Assembly: GCA_019358935.1 (NCBI GenBank)
Contig: JAHHIK010000012.1
Coordinates: 1-64,000 of the forward strand
Direction: 5' to 3'
From: Tolypothrix carrinoi HA7290-LM1
GTDB lineage: Bacteria; Cyanobacteriota; Cyanobacteriia; Cyanobacteriales; Nostocaceae
Length of the DNA: 64,000 nt
Positions 27,792 to 38,008 of the stretch are shown here, in pieces (the stretch's first letter is position 1; each line of letters starts with the position of its first letter). The translations under genes and the position numbers were made by a program. The notes beneath the pieces were generated by a model that saw only the letters and a program-made list of their open reading frames with translations, did no database searches and was not told the origin of the DNA.

Positions 27792-28166
27792 TTATTCCTC
27801 TACACGCAGCAGTTTGCGGTAAAATGCTTGTGAAAAATCAGTTATGCGATAGCGCTTATAATTTTCCATCAGTTCAATTAAAAAATTAATAAACTCGAAA
27901 CTTGCCATCATCAGTTCATAACTTAACTCCGCGTCGCCATCAAACTGCAATCGGCAACGAGTTAAGTCTGAGGGTAACGTGGCAATATTCCAAGTAGCGA
28001 CAAAGGGAACGTGTTCGCTGCCTTCTATTTTGCGTTTTCCCTCCAAAACGCCTTTTTGATAAAGACCAATGGCATAACGCAAAAAATCGCGTTTGCTGCC
28101 TTGAACGTAAGGTAAGTAGACGCTTGCTTGTTGTTGAGTCGCTGGCTGGAGTTGCTCAAAAGACAT
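27792..28166 (-). CDS. ebsA: Type IV pilus/secretion protein EbsA
   Basis: VYLPY...LEG.R.IEG...LPSDLTRC...DFSQAFYRKLL. Confidence 0.8.
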   Translation of the reverse strand: MSFEQLQPATQQQASVYLPYVQGSKRDFLRYAIGLYQKGVLEGKRKIEGSEHVPFVATWNIATLPSDLTRCRLQFDGDAELSYELMMASFEFINFLIELMENYKRYRITDFSQAFYRKLLRVEE

Positions 28167-28457
28167 AATTTAATACTCCTCAAGTTAGTTGACAACCGGG
28201 GATTTAGGTAACTTTGAATAGTGTTCCCAAAAAAATGTCATGGTTCACACTTTGGGAGGATGGGGGAGAGGGGGGAGATAAGGGAGATGGGGGAGATGGG
28301 GAGATGGAAAGATGAGGGGACTAACTCGTACAGACGCGATACCCTTGCGTCTCTACTCTTGACTTTTGACTCCTCAGCACTTAGCGCTCAAAATAGTTGA
28401 CTGTTGGTTAACTACGTTTAAAGATGTCTTAAGGAAAACTTTTAGTGGGTTTACACT

Positions 28458-29432
28458 ATGGCTCCGCTGGTTGCAAATTATTACTTGACGTATCGCTGTA
28501 ATGCCCGCTGTCACTTTTGCAACATTTGGGCATTAGAACCGGGCAAAGAAGCTGATTTGGAAACGATTAAGCGTAATTTAGAAGATTTACGCCGTTTGGG
28601 GACTAAATATGTAGATTTTACGGGTGGCGAACCTTTATTACGACATGATGTCGGGGAGATTTATACCGAGGCAAAACGGCTGGGTTTTTATACCAGCATG
28701 ACGACGAATACAATTTTGTATCCGAAGAAAGCTAAGGAAATTCAAGGTTTAGTAGACTTTTTGAATTTTTCCTTGGATGGTGCGGATGCGGAAACTCACG
28801 ATCACTCGCGTGGTGTGAAGATTTTTGACAATTTGGTAGAGTCGGTAGCGATCGCTCAATCTTTAGGAGAGTACCCGGTACTAAATCATACCGTTACTGC
28901 CCAAAATTACGATCGCATTCAAGAAGTCGCAGCATTAGGACAAAAACTAGGTGTGCGCGTCTGGCTAAACCCTGCCTTTACCGCTTATGACCAATACAAC
29001 TCTAATAAGAACCCTACCCCGGAAATGGTAGCGGCAATCGAAGCTGCTGCGAGGAAATATAAAAATGTCGGCTACAATAAGGCTGCATTGGCTTTTATCG
29101 AAGCTGGGGGCAATGACACCAAAAATCCCCGTTGTAAAGCGGTGGATGCCGTGATTGCGATTTCTCCCAATGACGAGCTGCTACTACCTTGTTACCATTT
29201 TGCCCAAACCGGAGTTCCGATTAACGGGCGACTTTACGACCTCTATCGTGAGTCTGAAGAAGTGGAAAAGTATCGCCAATCTCAAGGTAAGCTAAAAGTG
29301 TGTGAAGGTTGCACAGTTTGGTGTTACCTGATACCCAGCTTCTTTATGGGTGTAGACAAATACTGGTTATTGAATCAAGTAACTTATGCCAGCGAATTCC
29401 TGGCCCGAAAACGATTCTTACAACGAGCTTGA
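28458..29432 (+). CDS. Radical SAM protein
   Basis: CNARCHFC, TGGEP, C-terminal CEGC. Confidence 0.9.
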   Translation: MAPLVANYYLTYRCNARCHFCNIWALEPGKEADLETIKRNLEDLRRLGTKYVDFTGGEPLLRHDVGEIYTEAKRLGFYTSMTTNTILYPKKAKEIQGLVDFLNFSLDGADAETHDHSRGVKIFDNLVESVAIAQSLGEYPVLNHTVTAQNYDRIQEVAALGQKLGVRVWLNPAFTAYDQYNSNKNPTPEMVAAIEAAARKYKNVGYNKAALAFIEAGGNDTKNPRCKAVDAVIAISPNDELLLPCYHFAQTGVPINGRLYDLYRESEEVEKYRQSQGKLKVCEGCTVWCYLIPSFFMGVDKYWLLNQVTYASEFLARKRFLQRA

Positions 29433-30840
29433 TCCGCTCAACTCTTTATTTTCTGACCTATCGGGAGATGATGAGTTGGAGATAGAAGAGGTAGAAACCG
29501 ATCCTGTGTTTCTACCATCCCGGTTTCAAGGTCGGAGAAAAAAAGCCGCTCTAGTTTTGACTGTTGTCTGGAGCGGCACGATCGCTTTACATTTAGTTTC
29601 TTGGGGTTCTATTTTTATCCTAGGATTGACCACTATCCTAGGAATTCACGCCCTGAGGATCGTGTTTGCTAGACCGGGCAAAGAACACTTGGTAGGGGAA
29701 AGTAATTTCTTACCCTACCAAGAGGAAATGCTGGGTGATTTACCAAAAGTATCTGTATTAGTGGCGGCTAAAAATGAAGAAGCAGTTATTGCCAATTTAG
29801 TCAAGAATCTTTGTAGTCTAAAATACCCGCAAGGTAATTACGAAGTCTGGATAATTGACGATAACAGCAGCGACACAACGCCGCAGGTATTAGCACAACT
29901 AACGGAAAAATACAATAACCTAAAAGTATTAAGACGTTCAGCAGAAGCGAGTGGCGGTAAGTCAGGGGCATTAAATCAAGTTTTGCCACTGACGCAAGGG
30001 GAAATTATAGCGGTGTTTGACGCTGATGCGATTGTGTCGCCAGACTTGCTGCTGCGGGTGATACCCTTGTTTGCTAAAGAAAAGCTGGGCGCGGTGCAGG
30101 TGCGAAAAGCGATCGCCAACGCGAAAGAAAACTTTTGGACAAAAGGTCAAATGGCGGAAATGGCAGTTGATGCCGTTTTCCAAAAGCGGCGGATTGCCAT
30201 TGGTGGAATCGGCGAACTGCGAGGAAATGGTCAATTTGTCCGGCGCGAAGCTTTGGAATGCTGCGGGGGCTGGAATGAAGAAACCATCACCGATGACTTG
30301 GATTTGACATTCCGCCTGCATTTAAACGACTGGGATATTGATTGTGCTTTTAATTCAGCGGTGGAAGAAGAGGGCGTGACGAATGCGATCGCTCTTTGGC
30401 ATCAGCGCAACCGTTGGGCAGAAGGCGGATATCAGCGCTATTTAGATTACTGGGATTTGATTCTTCGCAACCGCATGGGGAGAAGTAAAACCTGGGATTT
30501 GCTGATGTTTTTGCTGATTATGTATATTTTACCGACAGCAGCAGTACCAGATTTATTGATGGCGATCGCTCGGCACCGTCCACCAATATTAAGTCCAGTC
30601 AGCGGCTTGACAGTCACCATGTCAATGGCGGGTATGTTCGCAGGTCTAAAGCGGATACGTCAAGATAAAGAGAAAAAATTTCGCGTTTCTAGCTACTTTG
30701 TCCCCCTGCTTCAGACATTACGCGGAATTATATACATGTTCCACTGGTTTGTAGTCATGAGCAGCGCTACTGCCCGCGTGTCAGTCAGACCAAAGCGGTT
30801 GAAATGGGTGAAAACAGTGCATCAGGGGACTGGGGACTAG
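29386..30840 (+). CDS. mgdA: GT2 monoglucosyldiacylglycerol synthase
   Basis: DDNS, GKSGALN, DAD, TDDLD, QRNRW; N-terminus typical of the cyanobacterial enzyme. Confidence 0.8.
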   Translation: MPANSWPENDSYNELDPLNSLFSDLSGDDELEIEEVETDPVFLPSRFQGRRKKAALVLTVVWSGTIALHLVSWGSIFILGLTTILGIHALRIVFARPGKEHLVGESNFLPYQEEMLGDLPKVSVLVAAKNEEAVIANLVKNLCSLKYPQGNYEVWIIDDNSSDTTPQVLAQLTEKYNNLKVLRRSAEASGGKSGALNQVLPLTQGEIIAVFDADAIVSPDLLLRVIPLFAKEKLGAVQVRKAIANAKENFWTKGQMAEMAVDAVFQKRRIAIGGIGELRGNGQFVRREALECCGGWNEETITDDLDLTFRLHLNDWDIDCAFNSAVEEEGVTNAIALWHQRNRWAEGGYQRYLDYWDLILRNRMGRSKTWDLLMFLLIMYILPTAAVPDLLMAIARHRPPILSPVSGLTVTMSMAGMFAGLKRIRQDKEKKFRVSSYFVPLLQTLRGIIYMFHWFVVMSSATARVSVRPKRLKWVKTVHQGTGD

Positions 30841-30940
30841 GGACTAGGGACTGGGGACTGGGGACAAGGGAGACAAGGGAGACAAGGGGGACAAGGGAGA
30901 CAGGGGGGCAGGGGGGCAGGGGAGCAGGGGGGCAGGGGGA
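30826..30940. repeat. STRR and 9-nt tandem repeats (GGGGACT, GGAGACAAG, GGGGGCAG)
   Basis: Directly visible. Confidence 0.9.
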
Positions 30941-31091
30941 GCTGAAGAATTAATTCTTTCCCCTTTCACGGCAGGTGCTCGACTTGGGGAGACCCCAAGA
31001 CCGCACTGCCTCCCCTTTTCCCTTTCCCCCTCTTAAAAAAGCCCATTACCAATTACCCATTACCCATTCCCAATTACCCATTCCCAATTCC

Positions 31092-32987
31092 CTAATCTTC
31101 TTCCGCTTCTTCTAACAAATCAGGTGCAGTTGTATCTGACACTTCTACAGCTTCTTCTGTGAAGCGGATAATTTGACCATCAAAAAATTTCGCGAGACTT
31201 CGAGCTGCGATCGCCACTTGATCGGCATTTTCCATATCAGCGACCCAGAAAGGTGGTGCAGGCGATCGCGGTGGAGGCATTTGCACTTTTTGCGGAACTG
31301 AGGGAGATTCCGTTCTTGCGGATCGGTTTTTTGCTTGCTGGGAAACTTCTGGTGGCGGGGTTATATTATCGCTTTGATTATTAATTTGAGAACTCGGCGG
31401 AGGTTGCGCTTTTACGCCGTTAGGCTTTGGGGGAGTAGAAGGTGGTGACGACCCGCTGATTAATTCTAGATTTACTTTTATCTGACGCTGAAAAGCCTTT
31501 TCAAAGGCTGTGGCAATTATCGGCTGCTCTGTCTGAAGCCTTTTATACCAAGCTGGCGATTTAATTCCAATTCGGGCAAGATTACCATCAAACTCAATCA
31601 GATGGCACATTTGACGCAGCAATGAACCTGTAGAAACTGGTAGGTAAGTCACTACCTTTTGCCAAATTTCTGCAAGTGAAGCATCGTTGGATTCTGGAGG
31701 GGTTTCCGGTGGAGGAGTGGGGGAAGCGTGATGTGGGGGAGATGGGGGAGTTGAGGGAGTGGGGGGAGATGGGGGAGTGGGGGGAGATGGGGGAGGTGGG
31801 GGAGATGGGGGAGATGGGGGAGTGGGGGGACGATGATTGGTTGGCGATGCTGTTGGGGTAGTGATGGGTGCTAGGCTTGGGGCTGCGGATTGGGTGCCGT
31901 GGCTGGGTAATAAGCCTAGCAATGTGACTTCTAACCACAAACGCGGCTGAGTGGTGTTTTTGATTTGCACTTCAGCGGTTCGCAGGTGTTGCTGTCCTGT
32001 CAAGATTGTAGTTATGTCTAACTGTTGGGCGAACTCAACGATCGCTTTCCAAGTTTGGTCTGTACAAGTAACTAAATCTTGGCGTTTGGGCGCAGTTTTA
32101 GCGATGAGTAAATCGCGGTAGAATGCAGCAAGATTCTGGAGAATAGTTAAAGGTTCGCGACCACGGTCAAGGATTTTGCGGGTGCTGTCAAGAACCGCTT
32201 CGGGATTATTTTGAGCGATCGCGTTCACCAATACAAGCATTTCTTGTTCGCTTACCGAACCGACTAAATCCCAAACTCGCTCTGGTGTCACTTCACCGGC
32301 TAATAGTGCTAATTGGTCGAGCAAACTTTCTGCATCGCGCAATCCACCTTGAGCAATTTGGGCAACTAATTTTACAGCGTCATCAGAAATATTGATATTT
32401 TCTCGGCTGGCGATCACTTTCAAATGCTTCACCATTGCCTCTATCTGAATTCGTCTAAAATCAAACCTTTGACAGCGAGAAATAATCGTTGGTAAAACTC
32501 TTTGCGGGTCTGTTGTCGCCAAGACAAAGACAACGTGTCTCGGTGGTTCTTCTAATGTCTTTAGTAGCGAATTAAATGCCGCATTACTGAGCATGTGACA
32601 CTCATCAATCACATAAACCTTATAGCGACATTGAACCGGGGCAAACTGCGCCTTTTCAATGAGTTCCCGGATATTATCGACACCAGTATTGCTGGCGGCA
32701 TCGATTTCTATTACATCTAGAGAATAGCCTTTAGTGATTCCCTGACATACATCGCAGATGCCGCAAGGTTTTGCTGTGGGTTTGTCACTATTAAGACAAT
32801 TGAGGGATTTGGCGAGAATTCTCGCACTAGAGGTTTTCCCTGTACCTCTAGGACCAGTAAATAAATATGCTGGGGCTATTTTAGCTGTGCGAATAGCGTT
32901 AGTGAGAGTCAAGGCGATCGCCTCTTGACCCACCAATTCAGCAAAACTCTTTGGGCGATACTTGTGGTGCAGCGGTTCGTAAGACAT
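31092..32987 (-). CDS. dnaX: DNA polymerase III subunit gamma/tau (no intein)
   Basis: KYRP, GPRGTGKT, IDECH, SRC; Pro-rich linker. Confidence 0.95.
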   Translation of the reverse strand: MSYEPLHHKYRPKSFAELVGQEAIALTLTNAIRTAKIAPAYLFTGPRGTGKTSSARILAKSLNCLNSDKPTAKPCGICDVCQGITKGYSLDVIEIDAASNTGVDNIRELIEKAQFAPVQCRYKVYVIDECHMLSNAAFNSLLKTLEEPPRHVVFVLATTDPQRVLPTIISRCQRFDFRRIQIEAMVKHLKVIASRENINISDDAVKLVAQIAQGGLRDAESLLDQLALLAGEVTPERVWDLVGSVSEQEMLVLVNAIAQNNPEAVLDSTRKILDRGREPLTILQNLAAFYRDLLIAKTAPKRQDLVTCTDQTWKAIVEFAQQLDITTILTGQQHLRTAEVQIKNTTQPRLWLEVTLLGLLPSHGTQSAAPSLAPITTPTASPTNHRPPTPPSPPSPPPPPSPPTPPSPPTPSTPPSPPHHASPTPPPETPPESNDASLAEIWQKVVTYLPVSTGSLLRQMCHLIEFDGNLARIGIKSPAWYKRLQTEQPIIATAFEKAFQRQIKVNLELISGSSPPSTPPKPNGVKAQPPPSSQINNQSDNITPPPEVSQQAKNRSARTESPSVPQKVQMPPPRSPAPPFWVADMENADQVAIAARSLAKFFDGQIIRFTEEAVEVSDTTAPDLLEEAEED

Positions 32988-33272
32988 GGAATTGAAACGT
33001 CAATGCCAAGAAGATTGGTTAATTAGTAGCACTCAAAAGAGTTTGCCATGAAACTATTTTAAACTTACCGCCTTTTATTGTGGATAGCGAAATTGCCGCT
33101 TCTAATTGTCTTCCTTCTAATGGTTGATTTTCTCGTCTACATCAACATAAAAATTCATATAGACTGTTAAAATTTATTAATTTTTAATTTATAATTCCTA
33201 ATTCGCAAAGCGCTTAAGCGATCGAGTGTATCGTAGACATCGCTACAATCTTAAAATAACCAACACTCAGGG

Positions 33273-33998
33273 GTGCAGCAGATGCTCAATAGGCTCCTTC
33301 ACTGGCTTAAAAGGTTTTTTCAACGCTTGTTTGGTAAAAAACAGACTTCATCTTCATCAGTGGGTAATGTTCAAAAAGAACCTGCTCCACCCCTGACAGA
33401 TACGGATCTGGAATTTCTCTTCAGCGAACTTTTAGAAGGAGTACATCAAGCACGAGGGCAAGCTTGGGCGCTGAAGTGGCTGCATAATATTGAACATCGC
33501 ATCTCAACTCAACGTTGGCTGGAATGGTTACAGCGCTTTAGTGAAAAATTGTTAGCATCATCAGCACCTAATAATGAATTAGCATCCCGGATGGTGGATC
33601 TGGGTGAGTTGGAAGTCGGCGAAGTCGGCGATGCTGCCTATGATATTGGAATGCGACTGTTGACACGCAATGTCAGCGAACCAGTATGGGAGTATGAGGG
33701 ACCAGATGCTGTCAAGACCACTCCTGAACCCGAACAAATGAATAAAGCAACAGCACCAGCAGCAGAGTTAGAAAACCCGCCCAAAAAAGAATTATCAACC
33801 GATCCTGCACCCGCAGCAGAGTCAGAAACTGTGCCGGAGGAAGAATTGCAAACCGTCACCCTAGACGAGTTGTTTGTGATGTTGCAGCAGGATGAAAGCT
33901 TACGCCAGCAAATTTCCCAACAGTTAGGAATTGAGACAGACGATCCGCAATTGATTGTCCAGGAATTGTTTAATCAATTTCAAGCTGCGAATCAATAA
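33273..33998 (+). CDS. Hypothetical protein sharing its N-terminal domain with the downstream TPR-CHAT protein
   Basis: LT..DLE.L...LLEGV.QARGQ.WA...EKLLAS.APNN occurs in both proteins. Confidence 0.8.
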   Translation: MQQMLNRLLHWLKRFFQRLFGKKQTSSSSVGNVQKEPAPPLTDTDLEFLFSELLEGVHQARGQAWALKWLHNIEHRISTQRWLEWLQRFSEKLLASSAPNNELASRMVDLGELEVGEVGDAAYDIGMRLLTRNVSEPVWEYEGPDAVKTTPEPEQMNKATAPAAELENPPKKELSTDPAPAAESETVPEEELQTVTLDELFVMLQQDESLRQQISQQLGIETDDPQLIVQELFNQFQAANQ

Positions 33999-34237
33999 AA
34001 ATGGGGAATTGGGCAATGGGTAATGGGTAATGGGTAATGGGTAATAGAAAGAAATTGTCTCCCTTGTCTCCCTTGTCTCCCTTGTCTCCCTTGTCTCCCT
34101 TGTCTCCCTTGTCTCCCTTGTCCCCCCATTCCCCATTCCCCATTCCCCATTCCCCTTGATAATCTACTAGGTTTTTAAGTAATGCTTACTTTTTTTAACA
34201 CAGCGCTCGTTAAAATCTATGAGAAACAACATCCAGA

Positions 34238-37200
34238 GTGCGGCAGATGCTCAAGCGGCTAGTTCAGTGGCTTAATAAATTTTGGAAACGCGTCTTTGGC
34301 ACGAAACGGACTCGTTCTCAAAACCGTATAAAAAGACAAAATGTGGTGCATCAAGCACCGGAATTAACAAACGCCGATCTTGAAGTTTTGTATAACCAAC
34401 TGCTAGAAGGCGTATATCAGGCACGAGGACAACAGTGGGCGCAGAAATATCTGCAACGAATGGAAAATCGGATTAGCGTTGACCGCTGGCTTGATTGGTT
34501 GCTGAGTTTTGGCGAAAAATTGTTAGCATCACCCGCACCGAATAATCAGTTAGCAACGCGAATGGTGCAACTGGGTGAACTTGGTGTCGGCATAATTGGC
34601 GATCTTTCTTATGACATTGGTATCCGGTTGTTGACGCGGAATTTAGGAGAAATTTATTGGGACGAAAACGAGGAAAATGTTGAACATACAACGTCTACAG
34701 CAATTCTCACCTCTATTGAAATTGGGGATGCGGAAAACTTTGAAGAACTCGAATGGCAGTATGAAGCGCCAGAAACTGAAACTAGTACTCAGGATGTGCC
34801 AAGCGCTTCCGCAAATGGGGAAATACAAAACGGCGAATTAGTATGGGAGTTTCAAGCGCCAGAAGCTGAAAGTATAACGCCTGCACCAGAGGAAACTCAA
34901 AGCGAAGAAGAGTTGATACAGAACTTGGGCGAACTGGTATGGGAGTTTCAAGCGCCAGAAGCTGAAAGTATAACGCCTGTTGTGGAAGAGGTATTACCCG
35001 TTAGCCTTATGTCTGTTGGCGAAACGTTGGTCGAAAACAGCCCAGAAGCATCTACACAAACAACTTGGGATGAGTCGCTGGCAAATTTAGAACCAGATGT
35101 AGCCCAGACGCTGGATGAGTTGTTGGTGAGGTTAGATCAAAGTACCAGCTTAGTTCAGCAACTCGCTTCCGGACTGGCAATTCCAAAGACTGAACCACCA
35201 CAACTAGTTAGTACTGATACTCAGGCACAAGAATGGTTTTATCAAGGACTTCAACAAGCCAAGACTGGTGATTTGTCAGGGGCGATCGCTTCTTACAATC
35301 AAGCTTTACAAATTAACCCGTCTATGTATGAAGTTTGGTTTAACCGAGGTTTGACATTATTTCACTTAGGACACTTCTCTGATGCGATCGCCTCTTATGA
35401 CAGAGCGTTAGAACTTAAACAAGACTCTCCTAAAGCTTGGTACAATCGAGGCGGCATCTTAGGCGAATTAGGACACTTTTCTGAAGCGATCGCCTCTTTC
35501 GATGTCGCACTGGAAATTCAGCCAGACTACGAAGAAGCTTGGTCTAGCCGGGGTTTCGCCCTGCTGAAATTAGGAAGGCTAGACCAAGCCGTTTTTAGTT
35601 ACGACAAAGCACTGGAATTGCAACCAGAGGACCCGCAAAACTGGTATTACCGAGGAATTGCACTCGCCGTAGATCAACGAAACTCGGAAGCGATCGCCTC
35701 TTACGACAATGCATTAGAAATTTATCCAGATTATCCCGAAGTTTGGATCGACCGAGGCGTAGTGTTAGGACAATTAGGACAATGGTCAGAAGCAATTGAG
35801 TCTTGGGATAAAGCTTTAGAAATTCAACCGCATTTTTACTTAACTTGGTTCAATATAGGTATCGCCTTAGACAACTTAAATCGGCGAACAGAAGCGATCG
35901 CCTCTTATGACAAAGCGATAGAAATCAATCCGGAATTTCACTTAGCTTGGTACAACCAAGCTTCTTCGCTGTTTCATATCGGAGAATTTGTAGAAGCGAT
36001 CAAAGCTTATGATGGTGCTTTGCAACTTCAACCAGATTATTGGGAAGCTTGGATTGGTCGAGGTACATCCGCTGGAATGGCAGTAAATCCGCTTTTGAAA
36101 GAAGGCGATTATGATGCAAAATTGATCAGCTATGAAGCCGGATTGGACTATGTTCGCCAAGATACACACCAAGAAGGTTGGGGGAGATTGCATTTAGCGA
36201 TCGCCAACGCACATTACGACCGAGGAAAAAGACATCCCGCACCCCACTATTATTGGCATCAAGCCGTATCTGAGTACAATCAGGCGCTTTTAACCCTCAC
36301 ACAAGAAGACTTTCCCCAACTGCATCTAGAAGTATTGCAAAACTTTATCAAAGCGCTTTTAGGTTTGGGGGAAATCACACTAGCCCAAGAATTATTACAA
36401 CACGCTACAGATGCATGGCAACGTTTATTAAATGAACCAAGTTCTGAAGAAAGTAAAAAACAACTAGCTTTGAAATTTGCTGGTTTTGGACAGTTAGCAG
36501 TTGATTTAGCCATACAATCTGGCGAATGGCGACAAGCTTTAGAAATCGCCGAATACAACAAAAATGCTTGTTTAACTTGGCTGATTTTTGGTTGGACTGA
36601 TGACATCTCTTCACCTAATTATCCAGAAATTCAACAACTTATTAATCCGACAACCGCAATCATTTACTGGCACATCAGCCCTTACGCTTTACGCACCTTC
36701 ATAATCAAAGATAATGCCCCAGAACCCATCCCCGTCTTTACACCCATAATTAGTGCCGCAGTCAGTGATGAATTTCCCCTACCTGAAGCCGTGCAAATTC
36801 TGGTGGAATTAGAAGATTGGCTAGACGATTGGAATCAACAATATCAGGAATATCGCAGCTTAGATCAAGACAAACAAAGCAAAGATAATCATTCCTGGTT
36901 AGTGGATATGGAACAGAGGCTTTTGCATCTGAAAAATATCCTTAATATTTCCACAATTGAGGACGAACTTGAAGGCATCAACCAATTAATTTTAATTCCC
37001 CACCGCGACTTACACAGATTTCCTCTTCATGCCCTTTTCAATATTTCTTCTCAGGAAGAATCGCCGAACGATACAAATTACACAATTACCTATTTGCCAA
37101 GCGCTCAAATCGGCTTATCTCTAAATTCCCAACTAGAACCCCAGGCAAATGAAGAAAAATTATTAAGTATTGAACATCCCAACAGTACAGATTATCCGCC

Positions 37201-37927
37201 ACTCAAATTTGCCAAATTTGAATCAGAAACTATTAGCCAAATGTTCGATAATCCCAAACGATACCAAGGAGCGCAAGCGACAAAAAATGTAGTGGAATAT
37301 GCCTTATCTTGTGATTACAATATATTTCATTTTACAGGTCATGGAATCGACAATTTTATTGAGCCGAAAAAATCACAACTGGTATTATCAGGTGAAGATA
37401 AACTAACCTTAGAAGAAATCTACCAAAAGACACTTACAAATTATAACTTAGTTACTCTTTCAGCTTGCGAAACTGCTATTACTAGCAAGCAAACTATCAG
37501 CAGCGAGTATCTAGGTTTAGCGAGTGGTTTTTTAAGTCGTGGTTCTGCTCATGTAGTTAGTACCTTGTGGACTGTAGAATCAACTGCAAATGCCTTATTG
37601 ATGATTGAGTTTTATCGACGACGACAGCCACACAAATTAGAAGCCGCAGCCTTAGCAGAAGCCACAAAATGGCTAAAAGAACTAACAGTTGGAGACTTGA
37701 ATAAATGGTATGAAGATTTGCTAAACACTTTGCCTGCCGATGAATTCAGAATTAAGGCGTATTTAGCAACAGAAATGTATAGAACTAGAAAACTCGCAGC
37801 CGATGAAAAGCTTTACAATCACCCTTACTATTGGGCAGCATTCACAATTGCAGGTAAACTAATTGCCAAAGCAAAATCAGACGATCTAGAAAATTTTTAC
37901 ACCCTAATACTCGATCAAGAATTTTAA
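34238..37927 (+). CDS. TPR-repeat plus CHAT (caspase-like) protease protein
   Basis: Multiple TPRs; FHFTGHG and LSACET catalytic dyad; HPYYWAAF. Confidence 0.9.
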   Translation: MRQMLKRLVQWLNKFWKRVFGTKRTRSQNRIKRQNVVHQAPELTNADLEVLYNQLLEGVYQARGQQWAQKYLQRMENRISVDRWLDWLLSFGEKLLASPAPNNQLATRMVQLGELGVGIIGDLSYDIGIRLLTRNLGEIYWDENEENVEHTTSTAILTSIEIGDAENFEELEWQYEAPETETSTQDVPSASANGEIQNGELVWEFQAPEAESITPAPEETQSEEELIQNLGELVWEFQAPEAESITPVVEEVLPVSLMSVGETLVENSPEASTQTTWDESLANLEPDVAQTLDELLVRLDQSTSLVQQLASGLAIPKTEPPQLVSTDTQAQEWFYQGLQQAKTGDLSGAIASYNQALQINPSMYEVWFNRGLTLFHLGHFSDAIASYDRALELKQDSPKAWYNRGGILGELGHFSEAIASFDVALEIQPDYEEAWSSRGFALLKLGRLDQAVFSYDKALELQPEDPQNWYYRGIALAVDQRNSEAIASYDNALEIYPDYPEVWIDRGVVLGQLGQWSEAIESWDKALEIQPHFYLTWFNIGIALDNLNRRTEAIASYDKAIEINPEFHLAWYNQASSLFHIGEFVEAIKAYDGALQLQPDYWEAWIGRGTSAGMAVNPLLKEGDYDAKLISYEAGLDYVRQDTHQEGWGRLHLAIANAHYDRGKRHPAPHYYWHQAVSEYNQALLTLTQEDFPQLHLEVLQNFIKALLGLGEITLAQELLQHATDAWQRLLNEPSSEESKKQLALKFAGFGQLAVDLAIQSGEWRQALEIAEYNKNACLTWLIFGWTDDISSPNYPEIQQLINPTTAIIYWHISPYALRTFIIKDNAPEPIPVFTPIISAAVSDEFPLPEAVQILVELEDWLDDWNQQYQEYRSLDQDKQSKDNHSWLVDMEQRLLHLKNILNISTIEDELEGINQLILIPHRDLHRFPLHALFNISSQEESPNDTNYTITYLPSAQIGLSLNSQLEPQANEEKLLSIEHPNSTDYPPLKFAKFESETISQMFDNPKRYQGAQATKNVVEYALSCDYNIFHFTGHGIDNFIEPKKSQLVLSGEDKLTLEEIYQKTLTNYNLVTLSACETAITSKQTISSEYLGLASGFLSRGSAHVVSTLWTVESTANALLMIEFYRRRQPHKLEAAALAEATKWLKELTVGDLNKWYEDLLNTLPADEFRIKAYLATEMYRTRKLAADEKLYNHPYYWAAFTIAGKLIAKAKSDDLENFYTLILDQEF

Positions 37928-38008
37928 GAATTTCTTCTTCGTAGTGAGCGATGAATCGCTCAATCGCTCATTACAAGATTAAATTATTGATGCTAGAAGA
38001 ACCGAGTT

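Noticed and set aside
31092..32987. Intein in dnaX
   Set aside because: VIDECHML is uninterrupted
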